Of a DNA stretch of 64,000 nucleotides, positions 1 to 10,545 are shown piece by piece. Numbering within the stretch: the stretch's first letter is position 1; every line of letters begins with the position of its first letter. Made by a program: the position numbers and the translations under genes. Below the pieces are notes generated by a model. That model ran no database searches. It was not told the DNA's origin and worked only from the letters and a program-made list of their open reading frames with translations. This DNA is from Trypanosoma brucei. Its lineage: Eukaryota. The DNA lies in NCBI GenBank assembly GCA_000002445.1, contig CM000208.1, positions 2,272,001 to 2,336,000 on the forward strand. Direction: 5' to 3'.

Positions 1-919
1 GTGGGGAACAATTGGAATTGGAGATCTCGTATCAGTGGAAAGTCACTCTGGGGAGAACACCGGGAAGGTTATTTGTGATTTGACACATATCATGAGTGAA
101 GCATCGCACATGCCAGCTGAAATGGCTCAGTGTCCGAGACATGTTCTGTGGCCGGAAGACGCATCGGCCCCTCTAGAAACGATTAACCCCAAAACAAATG
201 AGGAGGTACTGCAGCGTCTCCCCCGCGTACTACGAAGGGGAATGAATAAAGGTAAAAAGAGACTGTACTACGCCCGTCGACGCGAGAATGAGGCTCTTGA
301 CGTCGGCAATAGGCTCGTTCGGGACCGGAACTTCAATTTGGCTCTCACCAGTGTAGAGTATCAAGTCGATTTCAAACGGATAACTGTGTTTTGCAAGGGC
401 GATAGGTCGCACGTTGATCCTTCCGAGGTTCTCATCTTCTCGCAGCAACTGGCCTCCAGTCTCCGCGGCTCAATTGTTAGTGTGGTGTTCGCCAACGAAA
501 TTCCTGAGAGGTTGGATGTTACGGGATCTATAACTAAAGCCGCCTTCCAGGATATATACACCGATGCACTAGCTAAGATAAAGGAAGCAGAGAGTGCACA
601 ACCGCAGCGACAGGCATCATCATCACCTGTGAGACAATCCACAACAGCAGCAGGGGGGCCTCATAACAACATGCGCGCGTCACACATTTACCCCGATCCG
701 CAATTAGCCGCAATGAACCATACGCCTCTCATGCCATTTTATGGTGTACCGCCTCCCTTTTCTCCACCCGTTGCGCCGGGAGCGCCACCCCTAATGAATG
801 CAGTAGGTATGAATGGATTATATGGAATGACTGGAGTCCCTCCCATGAATTGGGGAATGCCCACACCACCTCCTTATATTCCTCCACATTTACCTCAAAA
901 TGTACCGGGAAGAATGTAA
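1..919 (+). CDS. PSP1 C-terminal domain-containing protein, 5'-truncated by the window edge; C-terminus is Pro/Met/Gly-rich
   Basis: The reading frame is open from position 2 to the stop at 919 (the ORF track starts at a GTG at 35). The segment ...LALTSVEYQVDFKRITVFCKGDRSHVDPSEVL... matches the conserved PSP1 C-terminal core (vdvEyqfD..K.tFyF). The first in-frame ATG is at 92, but the domain is normally C-terminal in larger proteins. Confidence 0.55.
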   Translation, partial: WGTIGIGDLVSVESHSGENTGKVICDLTHIMSEASHMPAEMAQCPRHVLWPEDASAPLETINPKTNEEVLQRLPRVLRRGMNKGKKRLYYARRRENEALDVGNRLVRDRNFNLALTSVEYQVDFKRITVFCKGDRSHVDPSEVLIFSQQLASSLRGSIVSVVFANEIPERLDVTGSITKAAFQDIYTDALAKIKEAESAQPQRQASSSPVRQSTTAAGGPHNNMRASHIYPDPQLAAMNHTPLMPFYGVPPPFSPPVAPGAPPLMNAVGMNGLYGMTGVPPMNWGMPTPPPYIPPHLPQNVPGRM

Positions 920-3430
920 AGTGGTTGGATGTGAATACATGGGAAAAGGTGGGCATGCATTTTTTTTTTTCCAATGATTGGTGGTGTTCACGTTTTTTTG
1001 TTGTTTCTGTTGTTTGTTGAGGGGAACGCAAGAAGGAAGGAGTCGCCTTTACCAAAACAATAATAAAGAAAATACGGAAGAGAAACAGGAGGAGGTAGGT
1101 TTATTGAGGCAACGAGTTTATGAGATATTTTTCGCATGTGAATGAAACCTACTCCAACACATTAGGGGTCTTAAAGAAATGAAAATTAAAAAAAAAAAAG
1201 TAGAAACATATCTGACATGAACGTAACAAACATCAGTGCAGTGTGTTTGTGTTTGTGTTTCCACATGTAGTTGGGTTATGACGTGCTACCAATCGATGGG
1301 AATGACAGAGTGATGTTGAGAATTTATATAATGAGTAAGTGAATAAAGTTACTGACGGAAATATATTGAAAGTTAAGGAAAGTGTTGGACACGAAGTAAA
1401 GGTTGTGTAGAGATGAGGGAAGTAAATGAAAGAGGGAAAAAAGAAAAGAAAAGAAAAGAGAAGAGAGGTCATATCAAATCAAGTTAAATGTGAACAACAG
1501 TTGTGAGATTTAATTCGACGTTGTGATGTGTCTTTATGTTCGCATTTTCAGTGTCTTTTTTTTTACTTTTTTCTTTTTTTTCTTTACTTTTTATTTTTAA
1601 AAAAATATTTTGGTTTCCCCCTCTTTACGTTTTGTTTGTCACTCCCCTTCTGATTGTTTATTTTTGTTTTGTTGTTATAATTATTGGTCGCGTTGTTTTA
1701 AACGTGGTGGCTCTGTGGAAGTTCGTTTCACCAACAAACTCGTGGATAATAATGTTGGTGAAACAAAACAAAGGAAAGAAAAAAAAAAAGAAACCACTAA
1801 ATGTTTTGTTAAATATTTAAAGAGATGAAAAAGTGAATCGGAGAGGTATTGGAAAGAAGAAAAGGTCGCTGCGTGTATATATATATATATATATTTATAT
1901 AAGGAACACAGACCGTCTACGTTTGGAAAAGAAAAAAAAGCAGGACATGCAAGAGAGGATGAAGGATAACAAAATCAAATGAAAGGGAAATGAGCGTATG
2001 AAATTAAAGTCAAGAGGGAGAAGGAGAAAAAAAAATCAAAAAGGAGGAAATAAAGACAACAACGATAACACATAATTTTGTTTCCACTTTTTTCTTAATA
2101 TTCAAATCACTTTAAGAATTAAAAAGAAAAGCAACAAAGGAATGTATGTAGGTAGAAACAAAAAAAAAGTGGCGGGAAGGGAAGGACGGAAAATAAGTGG
2201 AAATGTGAAAACGGCATCGGAGGTTTTTTGGGGAATCTTTTTTTTTTAAAAAAAAAAGAAGAAAAAAACAAAAAATAAATTATTTAGAGAATAGTGGAGA
2301 GGGTTAAATGGGAAAGACACAAAAGGAGGGGGAGAAGAATATGATGGAGGAAGGAAGCTTGCATAAGCAGCTTAGAACCTCATTCAATTTTTTTTTCTTG
2401 TCTTCGTGTCTCTTCTTTCTTTTTGTTTCTCCCCCCCCCCCCTCCCTCCTTTCCCTTCGTTGTTGTTGTTGTAACCTTTCTTTTTTTAATCCGTTACACT
2501 TACTACGGTTATCACTTCGTACTCTTTTTTTTTTTTTACCCATTTAACACCTAACGGTGTTTCGTTAGTTTGGGTTATTTAATATTAATTTTCCTCGTTT
2601 TGTGGGCGCATGTATTGGCTCGTATATTTATCCTCGCCCACCGCACTGAAGTGGAGGAACACCGTACGATGAAAGCGAGTAGTGTATAGTACACAAATTT
2701 TTGGATTTTTGTGTGTTTTTCTTCCGTTTTGTTTTGTTTCTTATGTGTTTGTCGCTCGTGTTTACTTTGATGTAGGAGATGGTTTTATGGGAATTATGTA
2801 AGCCCCCCTTTTTCTCTTTTTTTTTTTTGTCAATACCATTGAGGCGTCTTCATCTTTTTCCCCTCCGCACTCCACATTGTCCGGTTCAAATACACTTCAT
2901 CGCCACCTTCCTTTTCCCCCTTCATCTCCTTCGTGTATTTTTTTTCCCCCCCTTTAAACATTCCCGCTACTGTTATCATAATCATCAGCATCATCACGGT
3001 CATTACTATATTATTACTATTACTATTTTTCAGCTCATCTTTCTTTTTTATTCCCTTTTGCGTATTTTAATGACCGCCACAGCTATTCCCAGCTGCTGGT
3101 TGAGGCTTCGTTTACCCGCCTTCAGTTTCGACGTTTCCGGTTTCATCAGAACAAAAGGGAGAAAAAAAAATGAGGTCATTTCGTTTATAGTGGCTGATTT
3201 ACTTCGGCGGCACGTTCATGACATCACATGTGTTCAAACATTATGTTCACTTTGGACCGCATTCTGCATGCATGGGTTCGTCTTTCTCTCTCCCTTTGTC
3301 AATTTCTTTTGTTTCTTGTATAATTATTTTGTAATTCGTTTAAATGAATTCATCACGTGACAAAACCAAACAAAACAGAAAAAGAAAAAAAGCACTGTGA
3401 AGAAGGAAAAGGAAGGTGGTGAAGGGCACA

Positions 3431-5998
3431 ATGTTAACCTCCCACCGCATTTCGTGTCTTCAGCAAATGGAGAAACAGTTACGCCGCCTGGTGCGTGGGG
3501 AGCCGATCCTTAAGGATGCGCGTAATGGTTCCCATGGCGTCTCAGTCGCTGATTCAAACTTTAAGAGAACACATATCGCTCTGAAGAATAAACTGTTGTT
3601 TCGACGTGTGCCAATAACCCTTTCCCTTCTTGAGCGAAGCCTACTTCCCATCATTCGTATGGAAAGTTCCTCATCGCGTAAAGTTACGGGAAGTAATAAC
3701 GCCCATCCTCCGAAGGAACTCGAAGTGAATGAGGAGGTTACAGTGTCAGCAAGCAGTGCAACATTAGTTGGTTATGAGACCACCCAGAAGAGCCACTTAG
3801 TCCCTCAGCAGTCGATGTCAGCTGTCGCGAAAATCCCATTGGAAGGGCGGCAACGTCACAATAAGCGATCTATCCTTACACATTCAGAGGCTATGTTTCG
3901 CCTCTTTAGTTCGCTGCACTACTTGGAAAGCGAAAGACGAAAACTCTACCTGCACCATACCGATCGCCTGAAGCTAAAATTAACGGAAGCGGAGGCGGCT
4001 GTACGTGCAGCGGGCGGGCGCCAAGGGAAAACAGGGCCTTCACGGCGGGAAGCGATCGGCGCTGTGCGTGGTGTTAATGAAGACATTTCGATTCTTAAGG
4101 ATTCCCTTCTCGCAAGGTCATACCTCTCGGCCCGCTTGTGGCGATTCCTGTTGCGTAAAGAATTGTGGACTGCAGCTATTGAAGACTCGCGCACCAGTGA
4201 GCGAAAAGAGGTCCCCACAGTGCTAATACTACTGCTATCGCTCCAGCGCATGAGTTTTGGCATCTTGCAAGATGTCACGCAGGGCCATCACCTGAACGCC
4301 TGTTCCCCGAGGTTTGTCGTGTCCCTACCGTCGCGAAGTAGAAGGTGCAACCAAGAGGAAATCCATTCGGCAGAGCATGAAACTGGAGATGAAGGGGCAA
4401 CTTCCCAATCGGTGCATGAGGAGCGGTGCGAGACCTCTGAGGCGCCAGAGGATGACTCCATGATAACACTGATGTGTGGAACTCTGCCGTTAACTGCTCC
4501 TGAATCCGTGCAGGCGAAGAAGAGAAGGGAAATTTCTGCAGGTTCAACGGGTATGAAAAAAACGTCAAGAAACTTTGTCGGTAGTTGCCGTCCGTATCCG
4601 CGGAAGTTGCGGTGGCTGCCTCCAAGGTCATGTGACGCGCTGTCCCTGGTGGTGGACTCACTCGCATTATGTAGCGCAGTACTAACGGAGTTAAACATTA
4701 AGAATATTATTATTCAGTGGGGACAAGTGGTTGAGTTGTTTGAGGTGTTGACTGTTGTTCAGTCTACAGCTTCGCTACTACTTGCAGTAGGAGGGACTGG
4801 AGACGAAGAAGAAGTGACCAAGATGCACTCTGTGTTGAGGAACTTGGAGGATGCGATGATTGCAGTGGGTGGATCTGCCAGGCAAACCATATTAATGGAA
4901 GAGTATGAAGTTTTATCCTCTCTCTCTTCTGTCTGCGCCATTCGACTGCTGCTGGCTCTGGATGGCTTGCAGCTGCTTCCCATGTGCGAGTCTTCTTCTC
5001 AACGGTTGATCATGCAGTTGCTGTCTCGCATCTTTCCACAGCTTTCCACGGGAACACAAAGTGCCCTACTTCAGAAATCGAGACAGACTTCTTTGTTTGC
5101 CTTCGCCACCAGAGGGCACAGGTTGAAACTGTTTAGCAACTGCGGAAATAAAAGTGCGGTGACTGCTGCCTTGGAATCTATTCGATCTCGCGCCCGACTT
5201 CAGCAGCGGCAAATGCAGGCAGCCCTTCGATCCAAGTACCTGGAGGAGGTGAATACGCAGAGTATTAGTGAACTCGCACGGAACGTCTCTGTTCATTCCC
5301 TCGTTGCCGCACTAAGTCTTTTTGCACGGACTGTGCAGGATGCACGGAGGCAAGTTTATGAGACCCAAGGGCGACTTCTAACTGCATCTCTTTTTCTTAT
5401 CGAAAGCATTTTGACTGCCGTTACCTTTTCCTCACCACGTGGAGGCGACGGCATTATTCACCACAAAGATCTCGCACCACTTCTCCTGGCCCTTACTCCC
5501 CTATGGTCACTTGCGTACGAACGGTGTAAATTACTGCGAGACGTCTCTAATGTGCGTCATAACAAGTGTTTACCGGGGAAAGGTGCTGGCAGTCCTCTGG
5601 CAAAGTCAGAAGTGGTTATGGTGCGGTACGCCACAGATGTGGTGTTCAACGCTGTAAATGTAGCGCTGGTGCAGCGAGTAGAACTTGTTGAGAATGATTC
5701 CCCTCCGCATAATGCAGTGGATGGAATGGAAGTTATTTCCCCCTCGAATGTAGCAGCCATCGTCACAGCGCTTGGAAGTTGGTGTGATATTTCGCCCAAT
5801 GGCAAAGGCATATCATTTGTGGCGACGACCGCAGCGCTGTTGAAGCGACTCCTGCTTTCCGATGTGAAGATGTGGCAAGAATTACGTTTATTGAGCGATC
5901 CTCGACGAGAAGCCTTCGCTCGGGCACTGACAGAAGTGATGGGAAGCGTTGGTGCAATGGATTCTTCGGTAACAGAAGTACTTGCCTCAATTGGATAG
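3431..5998 (+). CDS. hypothetical protein (856 aa), no domain recognised by eye
   Basis: Long uninterrupted ORF. The ORF-track start at 3416 is GTG; the first ATG is at 3431. Coding-like composition with no homopolymer tracts. An upstream poly-Y-rich intergenic region lies at 2400-3400. Confidence 0.6.
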   Translation: MLTSHRISCLQQMEKQLRRLVRGEPILKDARNGSHGVSVADSNFKRTHIALKNKLLFRRVPITLSLLERSLLPIIRMESSSSRKVTGSNNAHPPKELEVNEEVTVSASSATLVGYETTQKSHLVPQQSMSAVAKIPLEGRQRHNKRSILTHSEAMFRLFSSLHYLESERRKLYLHHTDRLKLKLTEAEAAVRAAGGRQGKTGPSRREAIGAVRGVNEDISILKDSLLARSYLSARLWRFLLRKELWTAAIEDSRTSERKEVPTVLILLLSLQRMSFGILQDVTQGHHLNACSPRFVVSLPSRSRRCNQEEIHSAEHETGDEGATSQSVHEERCETSEAPEDDSMITLMCGTLPLTAPESVQAKKRREISAGSTGMKKTSRNFVGSCRPYPRKLRWLPPRSCDALSLVVDSLALCSAVLTELNIKNIIIQWGQVVELFEVLTVVQSTASLLLAVGGTGDEEEVTKMHSVLRNLEDAMIAVGGSARQTILMEEYEVLSSLSSVCAIRLLLALDGLQLLPMCESSSQRLIMQLLSRIFPQLSTGTQSALLQKSRQTSLFAFATRGHRLKLFSNCGNKSAVTAALESIRSRARLQQRQMQAALRSKYLEEVNTQSISELARNVSVHSLVAALSLFARTVQDARRQVYETQGRLLTASLFLIESILTAVTFSSPRGGDGIIHHKDLAPLLLALTPLWSLAYERCKLLRDVSNVRHNKCLPGKGAGSPLAKSEVVMVRYATDVVFNAVNVALVQRVELVENDSPPHNAVDGMEVISPSNVAAIVTALGSWCDISPNGKGISFVATTAALLKRLLLSDVKMWQELRLLSDPRREAFARALTEVMGSVGAMDSSVTEVLASIG

Positions 5999-6472
5999 GG
6001 AAGTTAGCGGTGGGAGATATTACATTTGTTTGTTTGTTTGTTTTGTTTTCAATTTGTTAACTGATGTTGGGGGGACGTCACCACTTGGAATTTTTATATT
6101 TTTGGTAGACGTTGGTTCCTCGTCAGTGTGCACTATCGTATGGAGCAAACTGGAGGAGGGAAGAGACCTCATATCCCTCCTTTTTTTTTTCGCATCGTTA
6201 CGCGGTGACCACGGATGTCTTGTTTTTATTTTCCTTTAAGATCTGCTTTGCTCCTACCGCCTCCTGGAACATCACTCTCCGCTGTCGCTTCATCAGGGGT
6301 CATCTGAAAAGCATTGAAGCTTGTAACAGCGGCAGCAAATTCAAAGAGCTAACACATCAAAACGAAATCGAAGGGTGTGGACAAAGCAGAAAAAGAAAAA
6401 AAGATAGGACAGAAGTGAGGAAAAAGTTTGGGAAACGTAACTGTTTTTTTTCTTTACTCTGTCGCGAAGAGA

Positions 6473-8035
6473 ATGGCCAAAAGTTTCCTCAAGTGGACTG
6501 GAGGCCTTGTAATCGCCGGTGGCGTTTACGCCAAAATAAAATACAAGTCCGCTTACGAAGCTGTGCATCTTGATGAGGCGGCAACGGTGCGAGCGTTTTC
6601 TACCTTCTCTATTGACAACCGCAGGGAGTTTTACGACGTTGCCGTTGTTGGTGGTGGCATCGTCGGGGTGGCGACGGCGCGTGAAATAAAGCAGAGATTC
6701 CCCAGTAAACGAGTTATAATGCTTGAGAAAGAGGCAGATGTCGCTTTGCATCAATCAAGTCACAACAGTGGTGTGGTGCATGCGGGTATGTACTACAAGC
6801 AAAATTCACTCATGGCACGCCTTTGCCCGCGGGGACACGATTTAATAATGGAGTACTGCCGGAAGAATAAGTTGCCTCTCGATCGAGTAGGGAAGCTTAT
6901 AGTTGCTGTAAAGGAGACCGAAATACCTGCAGTTGAGAATCTCTACAAGCAAGGGGTCGAAAATGGTGTGCGGGATCTCAAGATGCTGAGGGGTGAGGAG
7001 GAAATAAAGCGCGTTGAACCTAATGTTCGAGGCTTGTGCGCTCTTTACTCCCCAGATACCGCCATCACCGATTTCAGTGCGGTAGCACGCCACATGTTGA
7101 AGGAATTGTTAGCTGACCGCCAACGCGGCTTCGTGGCTCAGTTCTGCTACGAGGCACTCGACTTCGTTGGTGTGTCAATCCAAAGCAGTGAAGGAAGCAA
7201 AGTAACTACTCCACAAGAAATGGTTCTTATTCGTGGACGAGAGGGTGGCCAACTCGGTCCCGAGAAAACCGTCATGGCCAAGAATGTTGTGATGTGTTGC
7301 GGTCTCTCCAATGACTTGCTTGCCCAGCGTTCTGGAACCCCACTAAGTCACATCGGCAGAAAAGTGAAGCAAACTTTTAGCTTTCGGGGGCGTTACTACC
7401 AACTGCGACCAGAGGCCCGCAAACTTGTTTCCATGAATGTGTACCCTGCACCTGAAGAATGGAAAGGAATCAGTGTGGGGGTGCATTTTACTCCAACGGT
7501 CGATGAGCGCCGTGGTCGACAGGTGATCATAGGCCCTGGATCATCGGTAGCCACGCATCGCTACGGATATTCACCGTATTGCTTCGACGCCGACTATTGT
7601 TTTAAATCGTTCTTCAGCAAAGGTGGATGGGTAAGCCTTGTCTCCAACATTGGCACAGTTTTTCGAATGTTTGTGCTGGACACAAACCGACAGGCCTTCC
7701 TACGTGAGGCGCAGAAACTTATACCCTCGCTGCAGGATAGCGATATGGAGGAAAGTTTCTGCGGAGTAATGGGTGTTGCCGTTACACCAGACGGCAAAAT
7801 GGAAAATGACCTCGCCATGGAATTTTCCCGTCCCCGTGTTGTGGTTCCTGCCGTTCTAAAACCTGGAAAAGTGGTGGAGTTGGTTCCCAAGTCTGACGTT
7901 GCAAGTGACGGATCTGCGGTGAATGACAGGCCCCTCATGCTCAACGTCCGGAATGCACCAAGTCCCGCCGCTACGGCTTCTATGGCAATAGCGGAGGCCA
8001 TTGTTGATGCATCTGCTGAACAATTCCGCTGGTAG
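6473..8035 (+). CDS. L-2-hydroxyglutarate dehydrogenase-like FAD-dependent oxidoreductase (likely mitochondrial)
   Basis: Rossmann FAD motif DVAVVGGGIVGVATAREI and HQSSHNSGVVHAGMYY are typical of the L2HGDH/LhgO family. The ORF-track start is TTG at 6428; the first ATG is at 6473 (MAKSFLKW...). Confidence 0.8.
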   Translation: MAKSFLKWTGGLVIAGGVYAKIKYKSAYEAVHLDEAATVRAFSTFSIDNRREFYDVAVVGGGIVGVATAREIKQRFPSKRVIMLEKEADVALHQSSHNSGVVHAGMYYKQNSLMARLCPRGHDLIMEYCRKNKLPLDRVGKLIVAVKETEIPAVENLYKQGVENGVRDLKMLRGEEEIKRVEPNVRGLCALYSPDTAITDFSAVARHMLKELLADRQRGFVAQFCYEALDFVGVSIQSSEGSKVTTPQEMVLIRGREGGQLGPEKTVMAKNVVMCCGLSNDLLAQRSGTPLSHIGRKVKQTFSFRGRYYQLRPEARKLVSMNVYPAPEEWKGISVGVHFTPTVDERRGRQVIIGPGSSVATHRYGYSPYCFDADYCFKSFFSKGGWVSLVSNIGTVFRMFVLDTNRQAFLREAQKLIPSLQDSDMEESFCGVMGVAVTPDGKMENDLAMEFSRPRVVVPAVLKPGKVVELVPKSDVASDGSAVNDRPLMLNVRNAPSPAATASMAIAEAIVDASAEQFRW

Positions 8036-8085
8036 GGTGAAATTTTCGATCAATTTTGGAGGGGGGGATTCGCTTTACTCAAACC

Positions 8086-8088
<3 letters not shown>

Positions 8089-8116
<28 letters not shown>
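8089..8116. repeat. (GT)n microsatellite in the intergenic region
   Basis: gtgtgtgtgtgtgtgtgtgtgtgtgtgt is directly visible. Confidence 0.9.
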
Positions 8117-9030
8117 CTGATAATGTCGATTCAAAACGGGTTAGTACATGTGCAAATACGATGACAAGACAATCACAGTTGAGTTCGTCCGGTTTTGCAC
8201 AAGAGGAAGAAATTTAGTCCGTTCTCGTTATACTTTCTTTCAATGCCATATTCCGTATCCACCTTCGTTTGTTGGCTTATTGTTCTGCGTAGTGCAAGTG
8301 CGAAATGTTAACGGGAACACGACGGGCGTTCTGACTTGTGAGCGTTGTATGTTGCATATGTGGTAGGAAGGGTTTGCTTTCGATCATCATATCATCTTTA
8401 AAAAAAAAAAACGAAGAGGTACGAGTCAACTAGTAACGCGCAATTTATCTTTTTTTTTACTTGTTGTAGTTTTTTCCCCTACGTGTCCATTGTAGTGACG
8501 CGAAGATCCCCACTTCCCGCATGTATCTTTTTTTTATTCCTTTTGAACAGTGCCATCTCGGGAGACGAATCGTCTGTGCATAATGTTTTTATGCTGACTT
8601 ACTTCAAGAAAGTTAGTTGAGGGACTCTGTGTCTGTGTCTGTGTGTGTGTGTGTTGTGTGTGTTGCTATCTTGATGTACCAACTACTTCCCTGAAGTAAG
8701 TTCCTATCCCTCTCACTTCTGCTCCCGAGAAATTGGATTGAATGGTTTTTCTGTGGGGGATTGTCCGGTAATCATGCGCTTGCGCCAAGGCGGATGTTAC
8801 TGGTACATTACATTCTTCTATGCATATTTTTCTTGTTATTTTTTTTTAAATTTGTGATCGGTCCCCCGAAATTCCCTTGGGAATGCCTCACATTTTACTA
8901 TATACGCATATTTATGTAATTGTTTCTCTTACGTTCTTGCTGCTAACATGTTTTTCCATTTAATTTTTTTCCTTTCCTTTTGTTTTTATTTTATCGAAAG
9001 CCCCTCCCCTACTCCCGCTCCCCCGTCGGG

Positions 9031-10065
9031 ATGTCGCGCTTTCCTCACTCCAATGTTGGGTTGGTGATTGGACTGGTGAGTCTCTTGCTGCAATTGCATC
9101 GGGTGATGGTCATCACTGAGGCCGCGGCGATTAATTCCTTCACAGTCATTTTGGTTAATGACCGCAATTCGGCGGCCCTACGTGAAGCACCTACCGGAAC
9201 AACTATGCAAATACCCCCATATGTTGTACGCCTTTCAGCTGATTGGACAGTCATTGAAAACCCTCAGTGGAATGAAGTGTCATCAGAGGAGAATGACTCG
9301 GAAGGGAGGTTATTGCATTGCCGTCTGCCGCTGCCACAGGATGAGAACACAGTGCAGACGCAAGTGAAACATTACATACAACTTCAAGAGCACCGCACCG
9401 CCGTGAGAATTTGGCATTGGCTGGAAGGTATGATGAATCGAGATGGTTGTATCTTTGGTGACGGCGAAGGACCCATAACGGGGGTATCCGAGTGGTACCT
9501 ATTCTGTGTGAGGGGCGCAGTTCGAAAGGTGAATAAAACTACGGTAGCTGTTCTTTACGGAAATCGAACTTCCCAAAAGTTGCAGCAAACTGTCAGAAGG
9601 TTGGTTCACCGGGCACGGTGGAGCAGTCAAGGAAGTGAAAGATCTAAAAGTTTTAAACGCTGGACTTCCCGCATAGGCGAGTACAAGGCTAATGTAACGT
9701 GGCCCCGGTGGAATGTGGAGCGACAGTTGTGGGAGTTAATTTACCCTACGAGACGAGAGTGCCGTGCTTGGGAAGCAGATGCCGCTGCATTCGGTGAATC
9801 CCCGGAGAGGTACATCCGAAATGAAAGCCACCGGTGGAGCGACAGTCGGTCTTTTACATTACCGAGGAATAAGGAGGTGTGGGAGACTGTTGTGCGCTTA
9901 TACTGCCAGCAAAACCAGGGTGACAGGCACGTGTTGGATTGGAGTATAACGGAGGTACTCCAAACGTGTACGCACGAGGTGTTATTGCGGTCGCCAGCAG
10001 TATGCGAATGGAGCCAGGTCCTGCAAAACTTTCATGTTAATCCCATTCCCTGTATTCCAATTTAG
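9031..10065 (+). CDS. hypothetical protein with N-terminal signal peptide or signal anchor
   Basis: ORF-track start is TTG at 8980; the first ATG at 9031 gives MSRFPHSNVGLVIGLVSLLLQLHRVMVITEAAA (a hydrophobic N-terminus). Preceded by a poly-Y tract. No recognisable catalytic motif. Confidence 0.5.
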   Translation: MSRFPHSNVGLVIGLVSLLLQLHRVMVITEAAAINSFTVILVNDRNSAALREAPTGTTMQIPPYVVRLSADWTVIENPQWNEVSSEENDSEGRLLHCRLPLPQDENTVQTQVKHYIQLQEHRTAVRIWHWLEGMMNRDGCIFGDGEGPITGVSEWYLFCVRGAVRKVNKTTVAVLYGNRTSQKLQQTVRRLVHRARWSSQGSERSKSFKRWTSRIGEYKANVTWPRWNVERQLWELIYPTRRECRAWEADAAAFGESPERYIRNESHRWSDSRSFTLPRNKEVWETVVRLYCQQNQGDRHVLDWSITEVLQTCTHEVLLRSPAVCEWSQVLQNFHVNPIPCIPI

Positions 10066-10545
10066 TGGGGCCTTGAAGGGTGGCGCATCCGGCAATTGTC
10101 ACTGATCGTATGTACTAACATCGAGGTTGGTGGTGGTTGGTCGTTGTTAAGTGCTTGTTTTTGTATACGTATATATACATATATTTGTGTGTTAGTGCGT
10201 CTACGCGCATGCTGATGGACCTGCTGCTGAGTTTGCAAGCTGTGATCACCGTTTTGTGGGTTCGTGCCCATTCCCCTTCGTGGCTTTGTGCGCTTCGTTT
10301 TACAACGCTTTTGGAAGGTGAAATGGTGAGAGGGTCCGTGCATTTTCCCCACCCCTTTTCATGCACATTTAATTCCAGGCCACTGGCCGCATCACATATT
10401 CCGCATCCTCTACTCTCATGACAACCAGTTCCGTGCCCTATTTTCTTTTATACGGAAGATAAGGTTGCTTTTGCATCCCATCTCATAGGTGGGTAGCCGC
10501 TGTATATTTTTCTCTCGGCCGTGCTAGGCTGGTAAGGTACACAGT

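Noticed and set aside
2779-3360. 193-aa plus-strand ORF in the intergenic region
   Set aside because: Its translation is low-complexity (poly-F/L/H from T-rich and CAT repeats). It starts at a non-ATG codon in the ORF track and lies in the poly-pyrimidine spacer upstream of the 856-aa gene.
3416-3430. ORF-track start codons (GTG/TTG) for many ORFs (3416, 6428, 8980, 12600, 31460, 56604 etc.)
   Set aside because: The track evidently allows bacterial alternative starts. For a eukaryotic (trypanosomatid) nuclear genome I reset each CDS to the first in-frame ATG downstream of a poly-Y/AG site.
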